DNA of 64,000 nucleotides, from positions 156,891 through 220,890 of the forward strand of contig JBDRPD010000050.1 in NCBI GenBank assembly GCA_043827405.1, given 5' to 3'. This document shows positions 37,856 to 48,000 of the stretch, piece after piece; positions within the stretch are counted from its first letter, which is position 1, and the number at the start of each line of letters is the position of its first letter. Position numbers and translations under genes: made by a program. The stretch comes from Elusimicrobiota bacterium. GTDB taxonomy: Bacteria; Elusimicrobiota; Elusimicrobia; UBA1565. The notes beneath the pieces were generated by a model that was not told the DNA's origin, did not search any database, and worked only from the letters and a program-made list of their open reading frames with translations.

Positions 37856-38829
37856 TTAACAGCCTCCATTTCTCGGACCTCGCGGTCGAAATCACTTAGT
37901 TTCTGCAGCAGCAAATCGGGTTCGAACATCGGCGACAGGTGTCCGCCCGGCCAACGGACGTCCGCCAGCCGGGTCGCGCGTCCGCTTAAGCGACCCACCA
38001 GCTCGTCGTGCGCGCCCTGGGGGATAAGGCCGTCGGAGCGGCTGGCGCCGATAAAAACAGGAACTCCGCGCGGCAGGTTGGGCTCGTTCTCGGGAAAAAG
38101 CGCGCACAGCCGCTCCTGAACGATCAGCTCCTGCCAGACAAGCGAACGCCGGCGTTCGCCGATGCGCGCGATGAGGAATTCCGAAAATTCCTCCTGCCCC
38201 GCCGGCTGCTGGGCCTGAATGCGGCGAACCAGATCATCGATAAGCGCACCGGCCATTGAGCGCATCCATGACTCCTGGTAATGCGGGCCCCAATAGCGGC
38301 TGAGCCCATAGCCGTTGCGCAGCCCCCATGAGGCCGCGACCTGTTCCGCCTTCATGTACCCGAGCATGCCGGGCGCCGCCGGGTTGACCAGAGCGACCCA
38401 CAGAATCTTGTTCGGATCGGTCTCGGGAAGGAGCAGCGCGCCCAACGAATAAGCCATAATGCCGACCTTGCCGCCGCCGCCCAGCGTCCGGGCGATATCC
38501 ACCGCGGTCGCGACGTCGCTGACATTGAGCGGCACAACATCGCTCTTGGCCGCGGCCGCCAGGCCCGAAGGGCTGTAGCCGCGGCGGTATATCCCCATCA
38601 CGGGCCGCCCCGGGAAGAAGTCCCCCACTCCCTGCTTGAGCGACTCAATCCCGAGAATGGTGCCGTGGACGACAAGAATAGCCGGCCCCTGACCCGGCCG
38701 GTAGAGATAGCCGATCTTCACCCCTCCGGCGCCGTTGAACTCACCGGACTCCAGGGCGGCGGCCCGTGCCGAGGGGATGAGGAGAAGGCTTAGGAGCGCG
38801 GCGACAGCTATCAGCTTAACGGCTTTCAT
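37852..38829 (-). CDS. Exported alpha/beta hydrolase
   Basis: AGGAGG RBS, signal peptide, VVHG, AYSLG nucleophile elbow, D and GGH near the C-terminus. Confidence 0.75.
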   Translation of the reverse strand: MKAVKLIAVAALLSLLLIPSARAAALESGEFNGAGGVKIGYLYRPGQGPAILVVHGTILGIESLKQGVGDFFPGRPVMGIYRRGYSPSGLAAAAKSDVVPLNVSDVATAVDIARTLGGGGKVGIMAYSLGALLLPETDPNKILWVALVNPAAPGMLGYMKAEQVAASWGLRNGYGLSRYWGPHYQESWMRSMAGALIDDLVRRIQAQQPAGQEEFSEFLIARIGERRRSLVWQELIVQERLCALFPENEPNLPRGVPVFIGASRSDGLIPQGAHDELVGRLSGRATRLADVRWPGGHLSPMFEPDLLLQKLSDFDREVREMEAVK

Positions 38830-38853
38830 TCTAATCGTCCTCCTAAGGCAAAT

Positions 38854-38902
38854 AAAAAACGGGACCTCCGCATGCAGCGCAAACTGCATCTGGAGGTCCC
38901 GT
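38854..38902 (-). terminator. Intrinsic terminator inside a 5' UTR (attenuator)
   Basis: ACGGGACCTCC-AG-ATGCAG loop CTGCAT-GC-GGAGGTCCCGT followed by a T run, ~25 nt before the start codon. Confidence 0.8.
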
Positions 38903-38997
38903 GGGTTCGCCCCGTTACGGCGGGGCCGCCTTTCACCCCGGGGCCGATTCCCCGAGTTACACAGGCCTGCAACTTCGACGACATAAGTATTATACCA
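38854..38997 (-). promoter_or_regulatory. Riboswitch-like structured leader with extended -10 promoter
   Basis: TGGTATAAT at 38997-38989, then several hairpins, GGGGAATC/GGGGTGAA/ACCTC motifs and a terminator. Confidence 0.55.
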
Positions 38998-39013
38998 TAG
39001 GGCCCGGGAAACC

Positions 39014-39808
39014 ATGCCGCATAAAAACGTCAACGGAATAGAGATCTACTATGAGGTCCACGGAAAGGGCGAGCCGCTCGTCCTCATTATGGGCCTGCGG
39101 AGAAATATCGAGTCCTGGTACCGGCAGATTTCCGAACTATCCAAACACTTCCAGGTAATCGCTTTTGATAACCGCGGAGCGGGCCGCACGGACAAGCCGG
39201 CCATGGATTATTCCATACGTCTCTTCGCCGACGACACCGCCGGGCTTATGGACGCCTTGAACATTAAAGACGCTTATATTTTCGGCATATCCATGGGGGG
39301 CTATATCGCCCAGGAACTGGCGATCAACCACCCGCAAAAGGTCCGCAAGCTGATCCTGGGCTGCACCAGCGCCGGCGGCAGGCGGGCCGTCCTAATGCGC
39401 CTGGAGAGGATAAAAAAATTCATGGCCAATGAAGGATTGAGCCCCGAAGAGATTCTGCGCAAGGATATGGATATCTATTTCTCGGATAATTTTATCGCCG
39501 ACAATAAGGAATCTATCGATGAGTTCGTCGCCCGCTCACTGCGGAATTACCAGCCGGCCGACGCCTTCATACGGCAGTTTGAGGCCTGCCGCAAACAGGA
39601 CACCCTCGACCGCATAGGCGCTGTTTCCGTTCCGGTGCTGATCCTGACCGGCGACGACGATCCCCTTGTCCCGCCCGGGAACTCGGACATACTAAAAGAG
39701 CTCCTGCCCCATGCCGAATTCCACTCCTTTCCCGGCGGACGCCATATGTTCTTTATTGAGGAAGCGGAACAGGTCAACCGCATGGCGCGGGACTTCTTCC
39801 TCTCATAA
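39014..39808 (+). CDS. Alpha/beta hydrolase
   Basis: FDNRGAG, GISMGG, GDDD, GGRH. Confidence 0.9.
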   Translation: MPHKNVNGIEIYYEVHGKGEPLVLIMGLRRNIESWYRQISELSKHFQVIAFDNRGAGRTDKPAMDYSIRLFADDTAGLMDALNIKDAYIFGISMGGYIAQELAINHPQKVRKLILGCTSAGGRRAVLMRLERIKKFMANEGLSPEEILRKDMDIYFSDNFIADNKESIDEFVARSLRNYQPADAFIRQFEACRKQDTLDRIGAVSVPVLILTGDDDPLVPPGNSDILKELLPHAEFHSFPGGRHMFFIEEAEQVNRMARDFFLS

Positions 39809-39930
39809 GCGGTCCTCCGGCCCATTTCCTCCGCCCTATGGGCCCAGAGATTTATGGGCCAATTTATGAAGTAAAAACCGTTCTAAATACCCTCTCCGTT
39901 CCGACCGTGTTCGCATATAATCACCTCCAC

Positions 39931-41880
39931 ATGAATTCGGCATGGATGCGGGGCCCCCGGTCCTGCTTATGCATCGTACTGTCGGCCGCCTTGGTGATAA
40001 CTTCGCCGGGCCTATTCTGCTATGAAGCCCTGGGTGCCATGGTGGCCGGAACCTCCGCCGCGGCGGGAGTTTCCGCCGTTCCCGCCGGCGCCGCAGGTGC
40101 GGTGCTGGGCGCCGTCCCGCTCCAGCGGAACATGACGGCGGCGACGCTCAATGCCCTGCAAACGACCAGCGTCCTGCCCGGCCTGGAAACGGTCGCTCCG
40201 GCCATGACCCAGCGGATTCACGGCCTGATCCAGTCATCCGCGCAAACGATCAAGATTGAAAAGGAGCAGGCGCCCGCTCCGCTGCATAAAGCGCAAAAGA
40301 GCGTCGCCGCCGTTTTCAGCACGCTGGGATTTATTAGTTCGGACACAGATAATAAGACCCCCGCGCGGCGCACCCCGGCTCCGCAGCGCTCGCCCTGGAC
40401 GCCGGTCCGGGCGGCCGAGGAGTTCCGCATCCTCTTCGACGGCGGGCGCCGGCGGAAAAACGCCGTCAGCTCCGATGTCCCACAGGGCATCCACAGCCGC
40501 AAGGCCAACGGCGTCCACATCAGCCTGACCGGCCCAGGACTATCTGAAGTCCAAATGCAGGAAGTTCCCGCGCCGGCTGCGGCGCCGAAGACCAGCATCT
40601 GGGATTCCGCCATCGTACGCGTAGGCCTGCCGACCGCGGCGCTGGCCGCGACGGCCCTGCTTTATTCCGCCGATCTGGTGACTACCGGCATCATGGCGGG
40701 GACCTTAATGGTCTCCATCCTGGCGCATGAGACCGCGCATATCCTGGGCCTGCGCATCTGGGGAGACAAGACGCCGGCCAAGATGGGACGCGACTCCCTC
40801 AACCCTCTCGCTCATGCCGACGCGGTGGGCACCATATTAGTCCCGGCAGCGAGCGCGGCGATATCCAACTCCCTAATCGGCGTCCCCATCGTGACGGGCT
40901 GGGCCAAGCCGGTTCCTGTCGAGTTCAACAATCTCAAGAACGTAAAGAAAGACGCCGCCAAGGTCGCCATCATGGGACCCCTGGCCAACCTGGCGCTGGC
41001 GGCGCTAACCGGCACCGCACTCCTGGCTTTGCCGGCCGGCGGCACGGCCGCCCTGGTGCTCTCGACGATGTTTAAGGCGAACCTCGCGCTCGTCCTGTTT
41101 AATCTCATTCCCACGCCGTGGTCGGATGGCGGCAAGGTCCTTATCAGCCTCCTGCCGGAGCGGATCTACTCATGGTGGCGGCATAATCCGCGCATCCCAG
41201 ACGGCTACCAGAACATCTACCAACGCCTCTACGAGGGTCCGTCGCATGTGCTCAGCTCTTTTAATCTCGACTCGCGCGGGCAGATCAACGGCGCAACCCG
41301 GGCCCTGACCTTGGCCGGGATGGGCGCTTTCGTCTATCTCCTTTCGGGGACCATGCTCCACCTGCCCATCATGCTGCTGGCTCTGCCCTGCAACTACGAT
41401 TACTGGTGCATCGCCGAGAAGGTGCGCTCGGAAAAGGCCGTCGGCGAAATGATGGATCTCCTGAGCTCTTGGGGCACGCTCCTGGTGCAGCTCGCTGAAG
41501 ACCATGACGTGGAAAGCGAGGTCAGCGCCAAGGACGCCGAGCTGAACCTGGCGCATGCGATAGACGTCCTCCTCGAGACGCTTATGGCCAAAGAGGAGTT
41601 CCGCAACCTTCCCGACGACGAAAAGATCGAACGCTTCATGGCGGAGTTCCCCGAGTTCGCCGCCCGCGACCTGCGGAACAAGGCATTCACCGAGGACACC
41701 GTCGAGACCATCCTCAAGGTTCTCAACGATGCGCGCAACCAGCCCTTCAAGGACCGCCTCAAGAGCTGGCTCAAGGAGCACGGCATCTTCAAGAAGATGG
41801 CCAGCCCGCACGAAAAGAAGCACTACAAGGACCAGATGGAAGAAGCGAAGAAGGACAAGACGCGCGGCGCCGGCTCCTAA
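39931..41880 (+). CDS. Site-2 protease (M50) with long N-terminal leader and acidic C-terminal domain
   Basis: HETAH, GWAKPVP, GPLAN, FNLIPTPWSDGG. Start uncertain (ORF open from 39838). Confidence 0.88.
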   Translation: MNSAWMRGPRSCLCIVLSAALVITSPGLFCYEALGAMVAGTSAAAGVSAVPAGAAGAVLGAVPLQRNMTAATLNALQTTSVLPGLETVAPAMTQRIHGLIQSSAQTIKIEKEQAPAPLHKAQKSVAAVFSTLGFISSDTDNKTPARRTPAPQRSPWTPVRAAEEFRILFDGGRRRKNAVSSDVPQGIHSRKANGVHISLTGPGLSEVQMQEVPAPAAAPKTSIWDSAIVRVGLPTAALAATALLYSADLVTTGIMAGTLMVSILAHETAHILGLRIWGDKTPAKMGRDSLNPLAHADAVGTILVPAASAAISNSLIGVPIVTGWAKPVPVEFNNLKNVKKDAAKVAIMGPLANLALAALTGTALLALPAGGTAALVLSTMFKANLALVLFNLIPTPWSDGGKVLISLLPERIYSWWRHNPRIPDGYQNIYQRLYEGPSHVLSSFNLDSRGQINGATRALTLAGMGAFVYLLSGTMLHLPIMLLALPCNYDYWCIAEKVRSEKAVGEMMDLLSSWGTLLVQLAEDHDVESEVSAKDAELNLAHAIDVLLETLMAKEEFRNLPDDEKIERFMAEFPEFAARDLRNKAFTEDTVETILKVLNDARNQPFKDRLKSWLKEHGIFKKMASPHEKKHYKDQMEEAKKDKTRGAGS

Positions 41881-42031
41881 CCCGCCCCCTTTTCCCGCAC
41901 GAAACACCGTTGCACACGGGAAAGAAATTCTGAAATCCCCCTTCTAGAGCCAATGAGGCTCCCCCTCCCGGACCTAGGACTCATGCGGCAAAACGCGATC
42001 CGCGGTATCTTAGGGTACGCTAATCGCGCAC

Positions 42032-45000
42032 ATGTCACTCCACATCAAATATACCGCCGCCGCAGTCTGCGCGTCACTCATCCTGACCGCACCCGGCGTC
42101 CCGTGCTACCAGGCCCTAGCCTCGGTCGCCGCCGTATCATCGGCCGGACGCGGCGCGGCGGTCAGCGGTGCGGCGGGAGCGTCGGTCGGCGCGGTGCCGC
42201 ACGGCCTTGCCGGACAGTTGCTTAATCCCGTTCAGGTCGACATCCAGGGCTCGCTCTCAACCGTAGCCAACCTCTCTGTACAGCCGGCGGCGAATATTCC
42301 GATCCCAACCACGATTCCATCGCCGACGCTTAAAGCGGCTCACCAACCGCAGGCCAAGCCCCTTATAAAGGAAAGACTGCCGCAAAAGCTGGGACGCATT
42401 CAAAAGCAGTTCCCCAAAGACAAGAAGAATAAATCAGGGATCCGATCCCGCCTTTTCTTTGACGGCGGACACCTGCTCAAGCGCGGCGGCGCATCGGCCG
42501 TCGCCGGCAAAGCATCCATCACCGCGTCGAGCCTCAATCCCGCCTTTACCGGGACACCCGTGAATAAACCCGCGCTCCCGGCGCCCAGGCGCTCTCGCGC
42601 CAAATCTTCCTGGCTGGTTCCGGCCGCCGACGCGGCCCTGCTCACCGCCGCCGTCATTTTGTGGCAGGCCGATCTGCTGCCGGTCTCGCTAGGCCTGAGC
42701 GCGGCGTTGTTTATGCTCGGCGAGGTCGGCGGCGGTGCTCCCGACCCGCGCGATAAAGTGTTTCGCGGTCAGGAGCTCTCCGGTCCGACCGAGATATGGA
42801 TCAACCTCGACTCGGAGCTCAGCCCCCAGCAGCGCGGAGCCTTCGTCCGCCGCCACGGCCTGTCGGCGGAGGCCGAGCGTGAATGGATCATGAACCACCG
42901 CCTGCGGATCGTCGCCGGCAGCGTCGCTGACGCCGGGTCCATCGTCCGCTCGGTTATCGAAGACGAACGCGTCGACTCGATCGCCGTCCACCAGGAGATT
43001 GAGGAACTTATCCAAGGCGCGGCGCCGGCCGCCCCCCCCGCGCGCTCAGCCTACCGGGCCGGAGCCTCCGACTTCAACGACGGCTCACCCGCCGGCGACA
43101 TTTGGATTTACTTCCGCGAGGGCACCAACCGCGCCGCCATCGAGACCATGCTCGGCGACAGCTACCGCGCCGACTTCCACATGAGCGAGCCCACCCCGCG
43201 CGTCGTCGTGCATGCCGGCGGCTCCGCCGACGACGCCTACCGGCTCGGCGCGCGCATGATCACCAACCCCAACGTCAGCGAGGTCCGCGCCCACATCGGC
43301 GTCGCCTGGCGCCTGCGCACCGACACCCGCGCCGAGATCCTCGCCGACCGGCGCCTCGAGGCGCGGCAGGTGCGCGCGCGCTTTTTATGGGCCGCAGATC
43401 CTGAGGGCGCGCGTGCGGTGTTTTTCGGCGCCCCCTGGCAAAGCTCCAGCCCTGAGACCCTGGACGACGATACCGTGGTCGTAACCGCGACTCTAAACTC
43501 CGACGCCGACATGGCCCGAGCCCTGCAGGACCTCGCAGCGGTAGATTCGATCGACCGCATCTACGCTAATCCCGACGAGGTGCCGACCATTGAAGGTCCC
43601 GCTCCACAACAAAATACCGTTCTCGACAAGCTCACCAGCGAAGGCTACGAGGGCAGCGACCCGCTGCTCTTAAAGGTCCGGCTTTATGAGGAAGTGGCGG
43701 CACGCCAGATCGGCGAAATCGTCGCCCGCTCCCTCGACGATCGGTATCGGCGCTGGGAGTTCGACTACGTCGACGACCGGCGAAACAGCCGCGGCTCGGA
43801 GTTCACTGTCTTCCTGACCAACCTCCACGATGACGCAGCCATGGCTGAAGGCATAATGCTCCTCGCCGCCGAGCAGGAGGTCGCAGAGATCGGCGTGTCG
43901 CCCGAGTATCACGAGGCCGCCCGCGGGGAGGCACCGAAAGCGCCGACCACCCCTGGGAAGTTCTCCACCGCCGACCACGGCAGCGTCGACCCCTTCTTCT
44001 TTCGCTTCCGCATCGCCGAGCACCTAAACCAGGCGCACGCCCACGGGCTCATGGAACGCAGCTTCAAAGATCTCTTCGCCGGCTGGAAGGTGGAAGACGA
44101 GAACGACGGACCCGGCGTCCTGGTCAGCGTCAACATCAAGCATGCGACAGGCGCCGAAACCTTCATCGCCGGGCTGCTCAACCTCGAACGCGAGAAGGGA
44201 GTGTCCGAGATCATCGTCAAGGCCGACATCCTGGACCTGGTGCGTCATGCGCGGCCCGCTCAACCGGCGCCCGCGCCGAGCGGCGCACTAAGCAAGATTC
44301 AAGGCGATCCCCGCCACTACTACGGCATCGGCGGCGGCATCCCCGACGGCCGCGAAGTGAAGGTCTACCTGCGGCCCCGCCCCGGCGGGCCCAGCGCCGA
44401 CGCCTTGGTCGACCAGCTGGGCATCGAGTACGGCAGCATGGGCCATAACGGCAATGCCCCCGAAGAAGACGGCACTGTCGAGGTGAAGATCGACGGAACC
44501 ACGTTCTCGGATCTCGACGAGTTCGCTCGGCAGGTTATTCGTGCCGCCGGGATTGAGGGCGTCGAGCGCATCGTCGTCAGCCCCGAGGTCTTCGTAGAAA
44601 TCCTGCGCCTTGAGGGACAGCCGACCGAAGCGCCCGCCGGCGCGAGCCTATTAGATAAGTTTCAGACCAACCCCGCGGCCGAGAATGGGCCCGATCATTT
44701 GGTGGTTGCCGTCGTCCGGCTGGACGAGGGAGATACCCCCGTCGAGGAGATGGCTGAGATTAAAGGCCTGACCGGCGGTACAGTCGACGGCGTGACGGTG
44801 GCGCGGGAAGGAACCTACAACGGCGTCCACGCTCAATATTCAGAGGTCCATGCCGGCAGCTATTTAGCGGATGAGGAGTTCGCTCGCAAGCTCGCGGCCT
44901 TGGCCTGGAACGATCGGGTGGTGGGCATCGAGGTGCGCACCGACAAGATGGAGGCGGTGCGGCCGATCCTTGAGAAGGCGGCGCTGGCGCAGCAGCACTC

Positions 45001-48000
45001 GCGGCGGAACACCTCAGGCGCATCCCCTGAAGCCAAGATACATGCCAGGCAGGACATGATCGGCGTCGGAAACTTCTGGATCCATTACCGGCCGGGCCTG
45101 ACGCAGGACGAGCTGCGGGCCATACAGGGCCCGTATGTAACCGGCAGCGCCCGCTTCATCACCCTGCAAGGCAAAAGCGGTCCCTTCATGAAGAGCTTGA
45201 TCGAAGCGCCCGATGCGAACGCAGCCGCGGACTTAGCCCACAGGATCGCCGCCGAGCCGGACGTCACGGCGGTGCACCTCCATCCCGATGCCGCCGACCT
45301 TCTCCGCAGCGCGCCGGCGAACATGGAACCCCTCCGCGCTGCGCCGCCGCAGCATGACCGCAAGATCGTCCACGGCGACTTGGCGCCGGACTTCATGAAA
45401 GTCGAGTTCAACGCGGGGACCTCCGACTCCCTCATCGATACAGTCCTCGGCGCCCACGGCTTCGGACGCCTCAACGCCAACCGTAATCCCGCCGACGTCC
45501 GACCCGGCGAGATCGGCAAGATTCTGGCCCTGGCCGCCGAAGCCGTCGTCCATACGATCACGCTCGGGGCCGCCAAGTTCGGTGAGCTCGCCGGCCGCAA
45601 TGTCTTCCGCGCCGCTCCAGCGCCGACCGCCGAAGAGGTTTCCCCGCCGGAGGAAGCTCCTCACGCCGCCGAGACGGAGCCCGAACCCGATCCCGGCCCG
45701 CTGGGCAAGGCCGCGGTCGACGCCTCGGTATTCGAACGCCACGAGCTGCGCGTCATGTTCGCGCCGGGCACGAGCGCGGAGCAGATCGACGCCTTCCTTA
45801 ATGACCATATCCTAAAGAATGCCGGGCTTTACCGCCGACCGGACCCGCTCAGCCTATCGCTCATCTCCCGTGAACCTGCCGCCTCGGCCCGCACCATGCA
45901 GGCCGCCAAACAAAACGCGCAGGTCGCCTCCGTGCTGATGTCGCAGGAGACCTGGGCCGATCTCAACTCACTTAAGGACGAAGTGTTCACGTCGGAGACG
46001 CCAGAGAACGACTTGCGCGCGGTAGAGGAAGAGCGCGGGCTCCTGATCCGCTTTATCGAGCAGGACTCCCAAAAGATACACGAATTCGCTAAGAAGTTCG
46101 ACCTCCGGCTCGCCGCTCCCGACTATCGGGAAAAGGGGCAGCACCTGTATGAGATGCCCGAGTCCTATGACCCGGCCTGGCTTATAGATGCGATGCGGGT
46201 TAATATCGAAAACGGAAACTGGCCGGTAGCCGAAATCTCTCCCTTAATCGAGAACGAAAGCGCACCCATAGAGAAAGCCCCGCCGCCGGCGGCGCGCCGC
46301 GACGCCCATGCCGATTGGATCGAATTTCTCAACACCCGCCCGCTCAACGGCGGCGACAAGACGCTGACCTCCGAACAGGTGCGGGCGCTCTCGGTATTTC
46401 TCAAGCCCGTCGTTCCGCCATCGGGCGTGCGCAAGCACCCGGTCATCGGACGCATGGATGAAATGAAGCGCGCGACCCGCATCCTGACCGCGCCGCGCGG
46501 CGGAATCACCAGCGCCATGCTGGTCGGCCCGGCCGGCACCGGCAAGACGGCGGTGTTTGAAGGCCTGGCCCAGCTGATCGAGGACGCCGAGCATGCCGAC
46601 GCCGTCCGCGTACGCAAGACCGACGGCAGCAGCGACTATCTCCACATAAAACGCCTGCGCGCCCGCTGGTTTGTCGAGCTCGACATCGACCGCCTGCTGA
46701 CCGAGGAAGATCCGGTAAAGACCTTGCTCGCGCTCATCGACATGATCCCGCAGCTCAACAATCCCGACCAGCGCGAGGGCAACAAGGTCATCCTGCTTTT
46801 GGACGAAATCCAGAAGCTGCGCGACAACCCGCAGGGCATCCGCATCATGAACGCCATGAAGCGGCCCATCCGCGACGGCCGTATCGCGGTAGCCGGCACC
46901 ACCACCGACAAGGAGTGGAAGCAGTACTTCGACACCGACGAGGCGCTCAAGAGCCGCTTCGAACTGATCCCGGTCGATGAGCCGGCTCCCGAGGAAACGC
47001 TTGAGATGCTGCGCGGCGCGAAAGCCCATTTCGAGTGGAAGCACGACACACAGATCGACGACGATGCGCTGGAAGCCGCGGCCAAGCTTTCCGAGCAGTT
47101 CATTAAGGAATTCAATAATCCCCGCGCGTCCTTTGACTTCGTAATCCCCGGCGCCGCCGAGCTGGCGCGGCCGGACAACCTGCGCTCGGCCCTGGCCTTT
47201 GATATTCGCGAAGGCTGGCGGCGGCTGACGGCATCGGTAAACACCGCGCGGCAGACACTTATCGACAAGGGCATCGCCTCCTCGCTGGCGCTGCCGGCCG
47301 AGCTCTACAACCGGGTCGCCGGACTCATTAAGGAGATTATCGAAGATTACGAGGCACGCGACGCAGTGCAGGACGGCAAGGGCGCGGTCACCTCCGGAGT
47401 CGTCAAGCGGCGCATCTCCGAGATGACCGGCATCCACGCCGGGCAGCTGACGATGGGAGAAGAGGACACCCAGCGCTACGTCGACATGGAGCAGACGATG
47501 GCTGAGGATGTGGTCAACCAGGACCGCGCACTCGAGGCTCTCGGCCGCGCCATCCGCCGCAACAAGGCCGGCCTCGGCGATCCCAATAAGCCGATGGGTA
47601 AGTTTCTCTTCGTCGGCCCCACCGGTACCGGCAAGACCCATATCGTCAAGCAGCTGGCCAAGTTCCTGTTCGAAGACGAAGAGGCCTATATCCGCTTCGA
47701 CATGACCGAGTTTATGGAACAGCACTCGGTGGCTCGGCTGATCGGCTCGCCGCCCGGCTACGTCGGCTATGAAGAAGCGGGTCAGCTCACCGAAGCGGTG
47801 CGTAAAAAGCCCTACTCGGTAGTGCTCTTCGACGAGATTGAGAAAGCGCATCCCGACGTCTGGAACATTTTCCTGCAGATTCTCGATGACGGACACCTGA
47901 CCGACGGTCATGGCCGCCGGGTGGATTTCAAGAACACGGTCATCATCTTCACCTCAAACATCGGCATGGACGTCGTCGACTCCGACGGCTTCGCCCGCCG

